DNA from: Gemmatimonadales bacterium
GTDB lineage: Bacteria > Gemmatimonadota > Gemmatimonadetes > Gemmatimonadales > GWC2-71-9
Assembly (NCBI GenBank): GCA_035763805.1
Contig: DASUAL010000133.1
Coordinates: forward strand, 2,518-66,517
Reading direction: 5' to 3'
DNA length: 64,000 nucleotides
Shown here: in pieces, positions 35,596 through 44,700 of the stretch
Layout of the letters: each line of letters starts with the position of its first letter
Position numbering within the stretch: the stretch's first letter is position 1
Position numbers and translations under genes: made by a program
Notes under the pieces: model-generated
Told to the model about the DNA's origin: nothing
Databases searched by the model: none
What the model saw: the letters and a program-made list of their open reading frames with translations, nothing else

Positions 35596-36237
35596 ATGGG
35601 CACCTCGGCAGCCGTTCACGTCATTGACGACGCCGACCGCGCAGCAACCGTGCTGCATCCGTTACGCCTCAGGATTCTCGCCGAGCTCGATCGACCCGAT
35701 TCGGCGGCGGGCCTGGCGCGGCGGCTCGGCCTGCCGCGCCAGAAGCTCAACTACCACCTCCGTCAGCTCGAGCGACAGGGCCTCGTCGAAGCCGTCGGCC
35801 AGCAGCAGAAGCGGGGCTGTACCGAGCGCCTACTCCGGGCGGTGGCGCAGTCCTATTTGATCAGCCCGGCCACGCTCGGAGACCTCGCGGTCGATCCGGC
35901 ACGCGTCCAGGACCACGTCTCCAGCGCGTACCTCGTGGCGGTCGCCGCCCAGGTGATTCGCGAGGTCGCCGCGCTGCGAGACCGTGCCCAGCGCGCCAAC
36001 AAGGGAGTGCCGACGCTGACCCTCCAGGCCGACGTCCGCTTTGCCTCCGCCAAGGCGCAGCACGCCTTCGCCCAGGAGCTCTCGCGGCAGGTGGCACGCC
36101 TCGTCGCCAAGTACCATGACGACCGCGCATCCGGCGGTCGCCGGTTCCGGTTCGTCGCCGGGGCCTACCCCGCCCCCGCCCCGCCCCCCGCGCACGATGC
36201 AATCCCGGAGGCCACGGAACACCAGGAGGACACATGA
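35596..36237 (+). CDS. ArsR/SmtB-family-like winged-HTH transcriptional regulator with C-terminal extension
   Basis: 213 aa. LHPLRLRILAEL...LARRLGLPRQKLNYHLRQLERQGLV is typical of an ArsR-type HTH. Confidence 0.85.
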   Translation: MGTSAAVHVIDDADRAATVLHPLRLRILAELDRPDSAAGLARRLGLPRQKLNYHLRQLERQGLVEAVGQQQKRGCTERLLRAVAQSYLISPATLGDLAVDPARVQDHVSSAYLVAVAAQVIREVAALRDRAQRANKGVPTLTLQADVRFASAKAQHAFAQELSRQVARLVAKYHDDRASGGRRFRFVAGAYPAPAPPPAHDAIPEATEHQEDT

Positions 36238-37004
36238 GCAAGCAACGAGACGAGCGGGTGGTCGAGCGCGAGGTCGCCCTCGACGCGCCCACCGCCGTGG
36301 TCTGGAAGGCACTCACCGACGCCGGGGAGCTGATGCGTTGGTTCCGGCTGGAGGCCCGTGTATCGCCGGGCATGGGCGGCACCGTGTGGATGCGGTGGGA
36401 CGACGCGTACGACGCGGAGTCCGCCATCGAGATCTGGGAGCCCGAGCGACACCTCCGGATCCGCTTCCCCCGCGAGCGGGCGATGCACCTCGCGACCGAC
36501 TACTACCTCGAGGGCCGGGCGGCGGGACGGTGTTGCGCGTGGTAACGTCGGGCTTCGGCGCCGGCGACGACTGGGACACCCTGTACGACGGTGTCCGGCG
36601 CGGTTGGAACTTCGAGCTGCTCGCGTTGCGCCACTACCTCGAGCGTCATCGCGGGCGCGATCGCGTGGTTGCCTGGGGGCGGGTCCCCTGTCGCTCGAGC
36701 CACCGGGACGCATGGAGCCGGCTCACCGGGCCGGGCGGCTGGTTCGGGGCCGGCGGACTGGGCACCGTCGCTGTCGACGCCCGCTACACCGCCCGGACGA
36801 CGACCGGGCACGTCCTCACCGGTGTGGTGCAGCTGTGGCAGCCGCCGCTGCTCTTCGCTGGCACGGTCGAAGGCTGCAACGACGCGCTGTTCCGACGGGA
36901 GCTGCAGGGCAAGGACGGCGCGGGCGAACTGTGGTTTTGGCTTGCCACGTACGGCGTCCCCGCCGCCGAAGCTCTTCGAAGAGCCGGCGGCCCAGCCACC
37001 GTAA
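36234..37004 (+). pseudogene. SRPBCC/Aha1-domain protein, frameshifted
   Basis: Frame 0 (36234..36545) encodes the N-terminal half (VEREVALDAPTAVVWKALTDAGELMRWF...). The domain continues in the -1 frame from about 36516 (GGGTVLRVVTSGFGAGDDWDTLYDGVRRGWNFELLALRHYLE...). The break lies in the G-run CCGGGCGG. The 3' end is uncertain: only frame 0 has a stop (37002-37004) before the convergent gene. Confidence 0.6.
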
Positions 37005-37013
37005 GGTCCCGCG

Positions 37014-37760
37014 TCAGACGCGTCCGACTCGGAGCGCGAGCGGCCAGCGGATCGGACGCAGCGTCGCCTCCGAGCCCCACGCGCGGGCAAGATCGCGCCG
37101 GAAGGCCTCGAACGGGGCACGGCCCTGCGCGCGCTCCATGGCGCGCACGGCTGACCAGGTCTCCACGTACCCGACCGCGTCCTCAAGCGTCCACTGGGCA
37201 CGCATCTCGAGCGGCGGCGCCGGGAACTCGGTGAAGGGGAACGGCAACGACCGGTAGCCGTCCTCTGTGTGTCGGCGCTCCGGCGGCCAATACGGCGCCA
37301 GCGCGTCCCTGTAGAAGCGCCGGAGGACCGGATCTACTGTGTCGTCGATGTGCATGACGGCGTAGCACACGAGGGCGACAACGGCACCGGGCCGCGCGAC
37401 GCGTCGGACCTCGGCGTAATAACCGCTGATCTCGAACCAGTGCGCGGCCTGGGCGGCGACGGCGAGGTCGACGACGCCATCCGGCAGACCGCTCGCTTCC
37501 GCGGGAGCTCGAGCATATTCGATCCTCGAATGCGGTGCGGCGTGCGCGATCTGCTCGGCGCTCGCGTCCGTGGCGATCACCCGCTCGAAGCGGTCGGCCA
37601 GCAGCACCGCCAGCTGCCCCGACCCGCAGCCGCAATCCCAGGCGACGCCCCGGCGCGGGGCGGCCTGAGCAAGGAATTCGGCGAGAGCGACCGGGTATCG
37701 GGGCCGATGCGCCGCGTAGGCGGCGGCGCCATCGGAGAAGTGATCCTTGAAGGTCGTCAG
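37014..37760 (-). CDS. Class I SAM-dependent methyltransferase
   Basis: Motif I VAWDCGCGSGQL. N-terminus (L/M)TTFKDHFS...YAAHRPRYP matches the usual start of this family. The only start-like codon there is CTG at 37760, overlapping the TGA of the upstream ABC gene (CTGA). Confidence 0.8.
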   Translation of the reverse strand: MTTFKDHFSDGAAAYAAHRPRYPVALAEFLAQAAPRRGVAWDCGCGSGQLAVLLADRFERVIATDASAEQIAHAAPHSRIEYARAPAEASGLPDGVVDLAVAAQAAHWFEISGYYAEVRRVARPGAVVALVCYAVMHIDDTVDPVLRRFYRDALAPYWPPERRHTEDGYRSLPFPFTEFPAPPLEMRAQWTLEDAVGYVETWSAVRAMERAQGRAPFEAFRRDLARAWGSEATLRPIRWPLALRVGRV

Positions 37761-39613
37761 AGCCGGGCGGGCGGGGTCAGCGGAGGAGCTTCCACCGGCG
37801 TTTCGGGCTCCGGCGTGAAGTCTTCCCCGGGGTTGATGAAGAGGTCCTCCTCGAACCGGTACTGCTTGTCGTACAGCTGCCGGTAGCGTCCGCCCTTGGC
37901 GAGCAGCGTGGCGTGGGTGCCGCGCTCGACGATCTCGCCGCCTTCGATCACGAGGATCTGATCCGCGCTGCGGATGGTCGAGAGACGGTGCGCGATCACG
38001 AAGGTCGTGCGGCCGCACCGCAGCGTGCGGAGCCCGTCCTGGATGGCCGCCTCACTCTCCGAGTCGAGGTTCGACGTCGCCTCGTCGAGGATCAGGATCC
38101 GCGGATCCGCCAGGATTGCCCGCGCGATCGAGACCCGCTGGCGCTCGCCGCCCGACAGCTTCACGCCCCGCTCGCCGACCACCGTGTCGTAACCCCTCTC
38201 GAAGCGGCGGACGAACTCGTCGCAGTGGGCGATGCGGGCCGCGCCCTCGATCTCCTGCCGGGTCGCGTGGGGTCGGGCGAAGGCGATGTTCTCGGCGATC
38301 GTGCCGTCGAACAGGAAGTTGTCTTGCAGGACGACGCCCAGATGCCGGCGGTAGTCGGCGAGGCGCAGCGCCGCAAGGTCCCGCCCGTCCACGAGGATGC
38401 GCCCGACTTTGGGGCGGTTGAACGCCAGCACCAGACTGATCAGCGTGCTCTTCCCCGCCCCCGACGACCCGACGAGCGCCGTCGTCGAGCCCGGCGGCGC
38501 ACGGAACGAGACGCGCTTCAGCACCTCGACCCCGGGCACGTACTCGAAGCTCACGTCCTCGAAAGCCACGTCGCCCGCCACGGCGGCGACTGCGGCCCGG
38601 GCCGGGTCCTCGGCGTCTTCCGTCACGACCCGGCGGATCTCGCGGATCCGGTCGAGACCCGCGAACGCCTCGGTGATCTGGGTGCCGATCGACGCGATGT
38701 TGATCAGCGGCAGGGCGACGAGACCGAGGAAGACCCCGTACATGAAAAAGTCGCCGAGCGTCATCGCGCCCGAGAGGATCGCGCGCCCGCCCTCGAGAAT
38801 CATGAGGATCCCGATGGCGCCGACGATGATCGTGGCGAACGAGCCTACCGCGGAGATGCCCGTCATCGTGGCGGCGATGTTGCGGAACAACGTGTGCGCG
38901 CCGCGCGCGAATACGAGCCGCTCGCTCCGCTCCGCGCGATACGCCTTGACGATGCGGATGCCGCCCAGCGTCTCGGCGAGCCGCCCCGTCACGTCGGCGT
39001 TGATCTTGCCCCGCTCCCGGAACAGCGGGCGCAGCTTCGTGAATGCGTACGCCAGCCCGCCGCCGAAGCAGGCCATGATCAAGATCGCGATCAGGGTGAG
39101 ACGCCAGTTGAGGTAGAAGAGCACACCGAGGGCGATCGCCCCCGTGACGAGCCCCCCGACGAGCTGCACGAGTCCCGTGCCGACCAAATTTCGGATGCCC
39201 TCGGCGTCGGTCATGATCCGGGAGATCAGGATGCCGCTCTTCGTGGAGTCGAAATACGCGACGGGGAGCCGAAGCGCGTAGGCCTGCACCGCCCGGCGCA
39301 TGTCGGTGATGGCACGCTGCGCCGCAACGCCGAGGAGCTGCGACAGAGCGAATCCCGTGAGCGCCTGCACGAGCGTGGCCGCGCCCGCGGCTGCTGCGAG
39401 CGGCAGCAGCAGCTCCGCTTGACGCTGGGTAATGACGTGATCGATCACCCACTTGGACGAGGCCGGCAGCACCAGGCCCGCCAGCCGGTTGATGAGCAAC
39501 AGCGCGAGCCCCAGCGCCAGCCGGCCCCGGTGGGCGGCGATCAGCGCCCGGGCTTCCTGCCAGGCGCCGGGCGTGAAGGCTTTCTTTGGCTGGCGGGTTG
39601 CGTCGTCGGCCAT
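37757..39613 (-). CDS. ABC transporter, fused permease/ATP-binding protein (MsbA/multidrug exporter type)
   Basis: 618 aa. Six-TM N-terminal domain. Walker A GSSGAGKST. Signature LSGGERQR. Walker B ILILDEATS. Confidence 0.9.
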   Translation of the reverse strand: MADDATRQPKKAFTPGAWQEARALIAAHRGRLALGLALLLINRLAGLVLPASSKWVIDHVITQRQAELLLPLAAAAGAATLVQALTGFALSQLLGVAAQRAITDMRRAVQAYALRLPVAYFDSTKSGILISRIMTDAEGIRNLVGTGLVQLVGGLVTGAIALGVLFYLNWRLTLIAILIMACFGGGLAYAFTKLRPLFRERGKINADVTGRLAETLGGIRIVKAYRAERSERLVFARGAHTLFRNIAATMTGISAVGSFATIIVGAIGILMILEGGRAILSGAMTLGDFFMYGVFLGLVALPLINIASIGTQITEAFAGLDRIREIRRVVTEDAEDPARAAVAAVAGDVAFEDVSFEYVPGVEVLKRVSFRAPPGSTTALVGSSGAGKSTLISLVLAFNRPKVGRILVDGRDLAALRLADYRRHLGVVLQDNFLFDGTIAENIAFARPHATRQEIEGAARIAHCDEFVRRFERGYDTVVGERGVKLSGGERQRVSIARAILADPRILILDEATSNLDSESEAAIQDGLRTLRCGRTTFVIAHRLSTIRSADQILVIEGGEIVERGTHATLLAKGGRYRQLYDKQYRFEEDLFINPGEDFTPEPETPVEAPPLTPPARL

Positions 39614-39697
39614 GGACGCCGCAATCTAAGCGTGTCGCAGGCCGAGTGCGTATCCCACGGCCGCGCCCGATCACTTCGCGCTTCCCCGGAGGACTCT

Positions 39698-40102
39698 GTG
39701 CCAGGCAACTTCTGCGAGAAGTATTACGACCTCACGCTCAACGCGCTCCGCATCATGGCCGGCTCCCTCTTCATGACGCACGGCGGCCAGAAGTTGTTTG
39801 GCTGGTTCGGCGCTGAGGGTCCGTTCACCGCGTTCTGGCCGGTCGGTGTCGCGGGCGTGCTGGAATTCTTCGGGGGGGCGGCCATCGCCCTCGGTCTGTT
39901 CACGCGGTACGTGGCGTTCGTCGTGGCCGGCGAGATGGCCGTCGCCTACTTCTGGCGCCACGTCGCGATGCGCGGCAGCGTGTGGCCGTGGGAGAACCGC
40001 GGCGAGCTGGCGGCGCTGTACTGCTTCCTCTGGCTCTTCATCTGGGCCTCGGGCGGAGGGCGCTGGACGCTCGAGGCGTGGCTCAAGCGCCGGACGACTT
40101 GA
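39698..40102 (+). CDS. DoxX family membrane protein
   Basis: Last 134 codons of ORF 37913..40102, from the GTG at 39698 preceded by GGAGG. LRIMAGSLFMTHGGQKLFGWFG is typical of DoxX. Confidence 0.8.
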   Translation: MPGNFCEKYYDLTLNALRIMAGSLFMTHGGQKLFGWFGAEGPFTAFWPVGVAGVLEFFGGAAIALGLFTRYVAFVVAGEMAVAYFWRHVAMRGSVWPWENRGELAALYCFLWLFIWASGGGRWTLEAWLKRRTT

Positions 40103-40123
40103 GGCTAGCGGCCCGAGCCGTTC

Positions 40124-40549
40124 TCAGCGGCCCCGGGCCTCGGCGAGCTTCGTCTGCTGCTCGGGCGTGAGCGTGTTCTTGATCCGGATGAGCAGCGAAA
40201 GGTGCGCGCGCTTGACCTCGCGTTCGACGCCGAGCACCTCGTCGACTTGCGCCAGCGCTGCCGCCTGATCGACCGACGGCTTGCCCAGTAGCGCGGCGAG
40301 CCGCTGGCTCTGCTCCTGCATGCGCCACTGCAGGTCCACGACCTTCGTTTGGAACTCCTGGATCGCCCTGGTGATCGCGTTGCGCTGCTCGGGCCGCAGG
40401 TCGATGTCGGCCTGATGTTGCATGACCAGCTCGGGCGGAAACAGCACCCGCGCGAGGGGATCCTCACCGGGCTGCTGGGCCCGCGCGGCCGGGCCCAGGG
40501 CGAGCACAAGGGCGACGAACAGACCAAGGACCAAGCGATGCGTCATCAC
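40124..40549 (-). CDS. Periplasmic Spy/CpxP-family (LTxxQ) protein
   Basis: 141 aa. Signal peptide. Helical repeats with LRPEQ / LTPEQQ motifs. Confidence 0.7.
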   Translation of the reverse strand: MMTHRLVLGLFVALVLALGPAARAQQPGEDPLARVLFPPELVMQHQADIDLRPEQRNAITRAIQEFQTKVVDLQWRMQEQSQRLAALLGKPSVDQAAALAQVDEVLGVEREVKRAHLSLLIRIKNTLTPEQQTKLAEARGR

Positions 40550-40896
40550 GGATTCCTCCAGTCGGTGAACGCGCCGGCGTCGAGCCTCGGCACCGTGCGC
40601 AGGTAGTCGGCGCCGGGCAGCCGCAGCAGGAAGTCTGTAGGGCCGCGCCAGCGCGTCGCCGCGAGATCGACGCGTGGGTCGCGTGGCCCGAGCCGGAGGT
40701 CGAGGATGACCGCCGCCACGACGACCGTCGCGACCGCGATCGCCGCGGCCGCGACGCGGTGCACGGACGGACCCCGCCGGGCGCGGCGCCGCCCCGCCCC
40801 GGCGAGCGTCGCCCGAAAGGACGGCCCGCCGGCCGCGTCCTCACGCCGCAGGCGCTCGAACCGCTCGCGCAGCTCCTGCTCACCGCAGTCGTTCAT
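40546..40896 (-). CDS. Putative anti-sigma factor (single-TM)
   Basis: 116 aa. 4-nt overlaps with the ECF sigma gene upstream and the Spy-like gene downstream. Central TM segment AAAAIAVATVVVAAVIL. Confidence 0.5.
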   Translation of the reverse strand: MNDCGEQELRERFERLRREDAAGGPSFRATLAGAGRRRARRGPSVHRVAAAAIAVATVVVAAVILDLRLGPRDPRVDLAATRWRGPTDFLLRLPGADYLRTVPRLDAGAFTDWRNP

Positions 40897-41456
40897 GCTG
40901 GGTCCTCCTCCAACCGCTGTCGCAGCGCGGCCTTGCCGCGCTCGTAGTGGGTGCGCGCCGTCCCGAGCCTCACACCCAGCACCTCGGCCGCCTCGGCGAT
41001 CGTGAGCTCCTGGTAGAACACCAGGTGCAGCACCTCGCGTTGCCGGCCCGTGAGGCCGGCCAGCGCCCGCTCGAGCCGTCGCGTCAGCTCCGCGCGCGCC
41101 AGCGCGGTCTCAGGATCCGGCCGACCGTCCGCGGGCTCGGATCCCGGCGCCAGCCAGTACAGCGGGAGCCAGCGCCGCAGGCGCGCGCGACGCCGTTCTT
41201 CCGCCGCCGTGCGCCGCACCACGCCGAACACCCACGTCCGGAAGCTCGAGCGACCCTCGAAGCGGGCCCGTCCGTCCAGGATCTTGAGGTAACTCACCTG
41301 GAGGACGTCTTCGGCTGCCGCGCGATCCCCGGCGCAGCAGCTCAGCGCCCAGCCGAAGGCGGCCGCGTGCAGGCGCTCGAGCTCCCCTTCCAGGTCCGGG
41401 CGCGGCATGTCGGCCTCGGCGATGTCGGGAGTGAGTGTCGTGAGCGGTCGATCCAT
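40893..41456 (-). CDS. ECF-type RNA polymerase sigma-70 family factor
   Basis: ORF 40893..41531 trimmed to the ATG at 41456. Region 2 (FRTWVFGVVRR) and region 4 HTH (LTIAEAAEVLGVRLGTARTHYERGKAAL). Confidence 0.85.
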   Translation of the reverse strand: MDRPLTTLTPDIAEADMPRPDLEGELERLHAAAFGWALSCCAGDRAAAEDVLQVSYLKILDGRARFEGRSSFRTWVFGVVRRTAAEERRRARLRRWLPLYWLAPGSEPADGRPDPETALARAELTRRLERALAGLTGRQREVLHLVFYQELTIAEAAEVLGVRLGTARTHYERGKAALRQRLEEDPA

Positions 41457-41590
41457 ATGACGCGGGAAGCTTCGAGATCGCGATCGTGCGAAAGGCCACG
41501 AGCGGACGCCGAGGAGCGGCACGCGCTCCACGGGATCCTCCGGCTCACGAGTCAGGTGTCTGAGTTGTTAAACGACCTGATGCATTTGGG

Positions 41591-42232
41591 CTACCAGGTC
41601 GCCGCCCGCCGGCGCCGCTCGCTCCTGCTCCGCCGGTCCCGGTCATTGCGCCGCTTCGTGGGCTGCCGGCGCTCGGCTACCCGGCGTTCGACGAGCGTCG
41701 TGGCGAGTATCAGCGCCCGGCGCTCGGCGGTGCGGCGCTCGAGGCCGGTACGGCGGTTGGCGGTGCTGCGGCGTCGGGTCATGCGGCGATCCGGAGCTAG
41801 CGTGTCCCACATCGGGCGCGTGACTGCCTGCGGCCCCACCGCTCGTACGAGGGCCCGCTCCCGCCCGCCCTGTGCCACTCGAGGATAGGCCTCATCCCAG
41901 GCCACCGCGAACACTTGGTTGCACCGCGGGCAGCGGGCGGTCGCAACGCGGGCGTCGGGCAGCGGGTCCCGATGGCGACAGTTCGGGCACACGACGTACC
42001 CCCCGCGGGCACCAGCGGGCACCCGAGCGGCATTCAGCGGCCCACGCACCACAGTCCACTCGCACGGCGGCGCGACGCGCAACTCGAGGAGGGATCGGGG
42101 CAGTTTCGCCACCTGCCCGTGCACCCTCACGTGCGCTTCCCGAGCCGCCAGGACGACGACCGGATACCACGCACCTAGCCGCAGCCCGCAGCTTGCGGAG
42201 CTCTGCAACCGGGCCCACTGGACGACACGCAT
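41591..42232 (-). CDS. Hypothetical protein with Zn-ribbon (CPNC...CPRC) and Arg-rich ERR-repeat tail
   Basis: About 213 aa from the ATG at 42232. CxxC-x16-CxxC. C-terminal ...NRRTGLERRTAERR...VERRVAERRQPTKRRNDRDRRSRSERRRR. Confidence 0.5.
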   Translation of the reverse strand: MRVVQWARLQSSASCGLRLGAWYPVVVLAAREAHVRVHGQVAKLPRSLLELRVAPPCEWTVVRGPLNAARVPAGARGGYVVCPNCRHRDPLPDARVATARCPRCNQVFAVAWDEAYPRVAQGGRERALVRAVGPQAVTRPMWDTLAPDRRMTRRRSTANRRTGLERRTAERRALILATTLVERRVAERRQPTKRRNDRDRRSRSERRRRAATW

Positions 42233-42310
42233 TTGTCCGCTGCGAGGGTATACGTTGCTTCGCGAATGACCACTTGTCAAATGAGGCTGCGGCGCCCCAT
42301 CGGGGGCTTC

Positions 42311-44548
42311 TTACAGCCTCATCTTCTCGAGCAGCGCGTGAAACCTCGGCTCGGCGCGCAGCGGATCCATGACTGGATTCACCTTGAGATATGCCAGCCA
42401 CCCGCGTCGCTCCTCGTGCGCGCGCTCGGTCCACTGGAGCGCCCGGTCGTATTGCCCGAGCCCGATGTGCAGGATGGCGAATGCCACGGGTGAGATGTAG
42501 CCGCGCTCGCCCTTCGCCTCGAGCTCGCCCAGCAACTCTTCGGCTTGAACCCGCTTGCCGCCTCGCGCCAGCACGTAGCCCAGCGCCGCCGTCGTGTACG
42601 CTCCCGCGGCAGGAAGCGTCATCGCCTCGCGGAGCACCCGTTCCGCCTCCTCCCACTGGCCTTGCTGCCCGACGGCCAAGCCCAGCACGCGATAGGTTTC
42701 CGCCGCTGTGGGGTTCATGGCGATGGCCCGGGACAGGTGATGGCGGGCCTGCTCGTAGCGCCGCGCATAGTAGTAGACCCAGCCCACGGTCCGCCGGATC
42801 GAGACCGACGCCGGATCGAGTTCCAGCGCCGTGTGCGCTTCGACCAGTGCTTCGTCGAGCCGGCTCTTGGCGGCGAAGTAGAACGCGTACCACTGGTGCG
42901 CCGTCGCGTACCGCGGGTCCAGCTCGATCGCTCGGCGGAACTCGCGCGCCGCCCCGTCCCAATCCCAGTCATAGATGAACAGGCTCCACCCGAGCGACGC
43001 GTGCGCTTCGGCCACCGTCTCGTCCAGCTCGAGCGCTTTCCTGGCGTACGCCTTGGCGTGCGCAAACCCCTCGGCTACGGGGACGCTGCGGTAGTCCAGC
43101 TGCAGCGCGTAGGAGTCCGCGAGGCCGGCGTACGCCGGCGCGTAGCCCGGGTCCTCGGCGACCGCCTGCTCGAAGAAATGAATCGCCTCGGTCGCCCCTT
43201 CGTGCGTACGCTTGTTCCAGGCGTACCTGCCCTTCAGGTACAGGCCGTACGCCGTGACGTTCTCCGTGTAGCGCTTGCGGAGCGGCTGGGCGAGGACGGC
43301 GAACGAGGTCGCCCGCAGCGTGTCCACGATGGTGCGCGCGAGCTCCTCCTGGATCGCGAACACGTCCTCGTGCGTGCGGTCGTAGCGCTGCGACCAGAGG
43401 AGCCGGCCGTCCTCCGTGGACGTGAGTTGCGCCGTGATCCGCAACCGATCCCCCGCCCGGCGCACCGTCCCCTCCAGGACCCATGCGGCGCCGAGCAGGG
43501 CGCCGATCGCACGCACGTCCTGTGGCTTTCCCTTGAGCGCGAACACCGAAGTGCGCGAGGCCACCCGCAGCCCCTCCACCTTGGCGAGCGCGTCGATCAG
43601 CTCGTCTGTGATGCCGTCGCTCAAGTACTCGTTCTCGGGATCGGGGCTCGCGTTGACGAACGGGAGCACGGCGATGCCGCGGCCCGCCGCCGTGGCCGTA
43701 CCTCCCGGCCCCGCGTCCGCTCCCTGCAGCGCGGTGAGGAACTCGGTGACCGTCGCGAAGCGGTCTTCGGGATTCTTCGCAAGGGCCCGAGCGATCGCCC
43801 GCTCCGCGGCGGCGGGGGCCTCCGGTCGCTGCGTGCGCAGCGGCGGAGGCGTTTCCGTCACCTGCTTGGCCATCGTGGACCGGGCGCCGTCGCCGCGGAG
43901 CGGCGGCGCGCCGGCCAGCATCTCGTAGATGACGCACGCCAGGCTGTAGAGGTCGCTCCGTCCCCCCAGGTCCTGTTCGCCGGTCGCCTGCTCCGGGCTC
44001 ATGTACTCGGGCGTGCCCAAGGCGAGCCCGACCTCGGTCACGGCGTCGATCCCGGCGGCGCAAAACGCGCGCGCGATGCCGAAGTCCGCCAGGACGGCGT
44101 GGCCGTCGGCGAACAGAATGTTCTCGGGCTTCACGTCGCGGTGGATGAAGCCCTGGCGGTGGGCATAATCGAGCGCCCCGCCCACGTCCCGAGCGATTTG
44201 GATCGCCTCCGGGAGGGGCACGCGTCCGTCGCGCTGCAGGCGCTCGCGCAGCGAGCCGTCGGGCACGTGCGGCGTGACGTAGTAGAGCACACCCGTCGCC
44301 TCGCCCGAGTCGATGAAGGGCAGGATGTGGGGATGCGTGAGGCGCGCGGCGATTTGGATCTCCCGCAGGAACCGTTCGGCGCCCAGCGACGCCGCGAGCT
44401 CGGGCCTGAGCACCTTGATCGCGACCTTGCGGCCGTGCTTCTGGTCGAGGGCGAGGTAAACGGTCGCCATGCCGCCCCGGCCGAGCTCGCGCTCGATGGC
44501 GTAGCGGTCGGAGAGGGTGGAGGCGATGGAAGCGGGCGCGCCGGCCAT
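42311..44548 (-). CDS. Ser/Thr protein kinase with central IAVLPF-type module and C-terminal TPR repeats
   Basis: ORF 42311..44629 trimmed to the ATG at 44548. VAIKVL, HRDVKPENILF, DFG and SPEQ kinase motifs. GIAVLPFVNASPDPENEYLSDGITDELI module. Multiple TPR-like repeats. Confidence 0.9.
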   Translation of the reverse strand: MAGAPASIASTLSDRYAIERELGRGGMATVYLALDQKHGRKVAIKVLRPELAASLGAERFLREIQIAARLTHPHILPFIDSGEATGVLYYVTPHVPDGSLRERLQRDGRVPLPEAIQIARDVGGALDYAHRQGFIHRDVKPENILFADGHAVLADFGIARAFCAAGIDAVTEVGLALGTPEYMSPEQATGEQDLGGRSDLYSLACVIYEMLAGAPPLRGDGARSTMAKQVTETPPPLRTQRPEAPAAAERAIARALAKNPEDRFATVTEFLTALQGADAGPGGTATAAGRGIAVLPFVNASPDPENEYLSDGITDELIDALAKVEGLRVASRTSVFALKGKPQDVRAIGALLGAAWVLEGTVRRAGDRLRITAQLTSTEDGRLLWSQRYDRTHEDVFAIQEELARTIVDTLRATSFAVLAQPLRKRYTENVTAYGLYLKGRYAWNKRTHEGATEAIHFFEQAVAEDPGYAPAYAGLADSYALQLDYRSVPVAEGFAHAKAYARKALELDETVAEAHASLGWSLFIYDWDWDGAAREFRRAIELDPRYATAHQWYAFYFAAKSRLDEALVEAHTALELDPASVSIRRTVGWVYYYARRYEQARHHLSRAIAMNPTAAETYRVLGLAVGQQGQWEEAERVLREAMTLPAAGAYTTAALGYVLARGGKRVQAEELLGELEAKGERGYISPVAFAILHIGLGQYDRALQWTERAHEERRGWLAYLKVNPVMDPLRAEPRFHALLEKMRL

Positions 44549-44700
44549 CACTTGCGAATATGCCCGAGCGGCGCGGGTTTGCACCAGGGCTCGCGCCGCG
44601 AGGAAGCCTGCGAGTCCGGGCAGCAGCATCCGCGCGGCAGGACGAGGAGTATCATGAGACAGGACGGTGTTTCTGCGGTCGGTGGAACTCGGAGGTCAAG

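Noticed and set aside
37913-39697. First 595 codons of the 729-aa + strand ORF 37913..40102
   Set aside because: It is antisense to the ABC exporter (Walker A/B and signature motifs present). Only the terminal DoxX part, with its own GGAGG-GTG start, is credible.
41547-41572. ECF-type promoter (TTTAAC-N17-CGT) upstream of the sigma factor gene
   Set aside because: The match to the GAAC...CGT consensus is loose and about 90 nt from the start codon. It is not distinguishable from chance.
44568-44599. Hairpin GCGGCGCG-N16-CGCGCCGC upstream of the TPR kinase
   Set aside because: Chance-level GC-rich inverted repeat with no U-tract. It lies in a region that may still be the 5' UTR or an alternative N-terminus.
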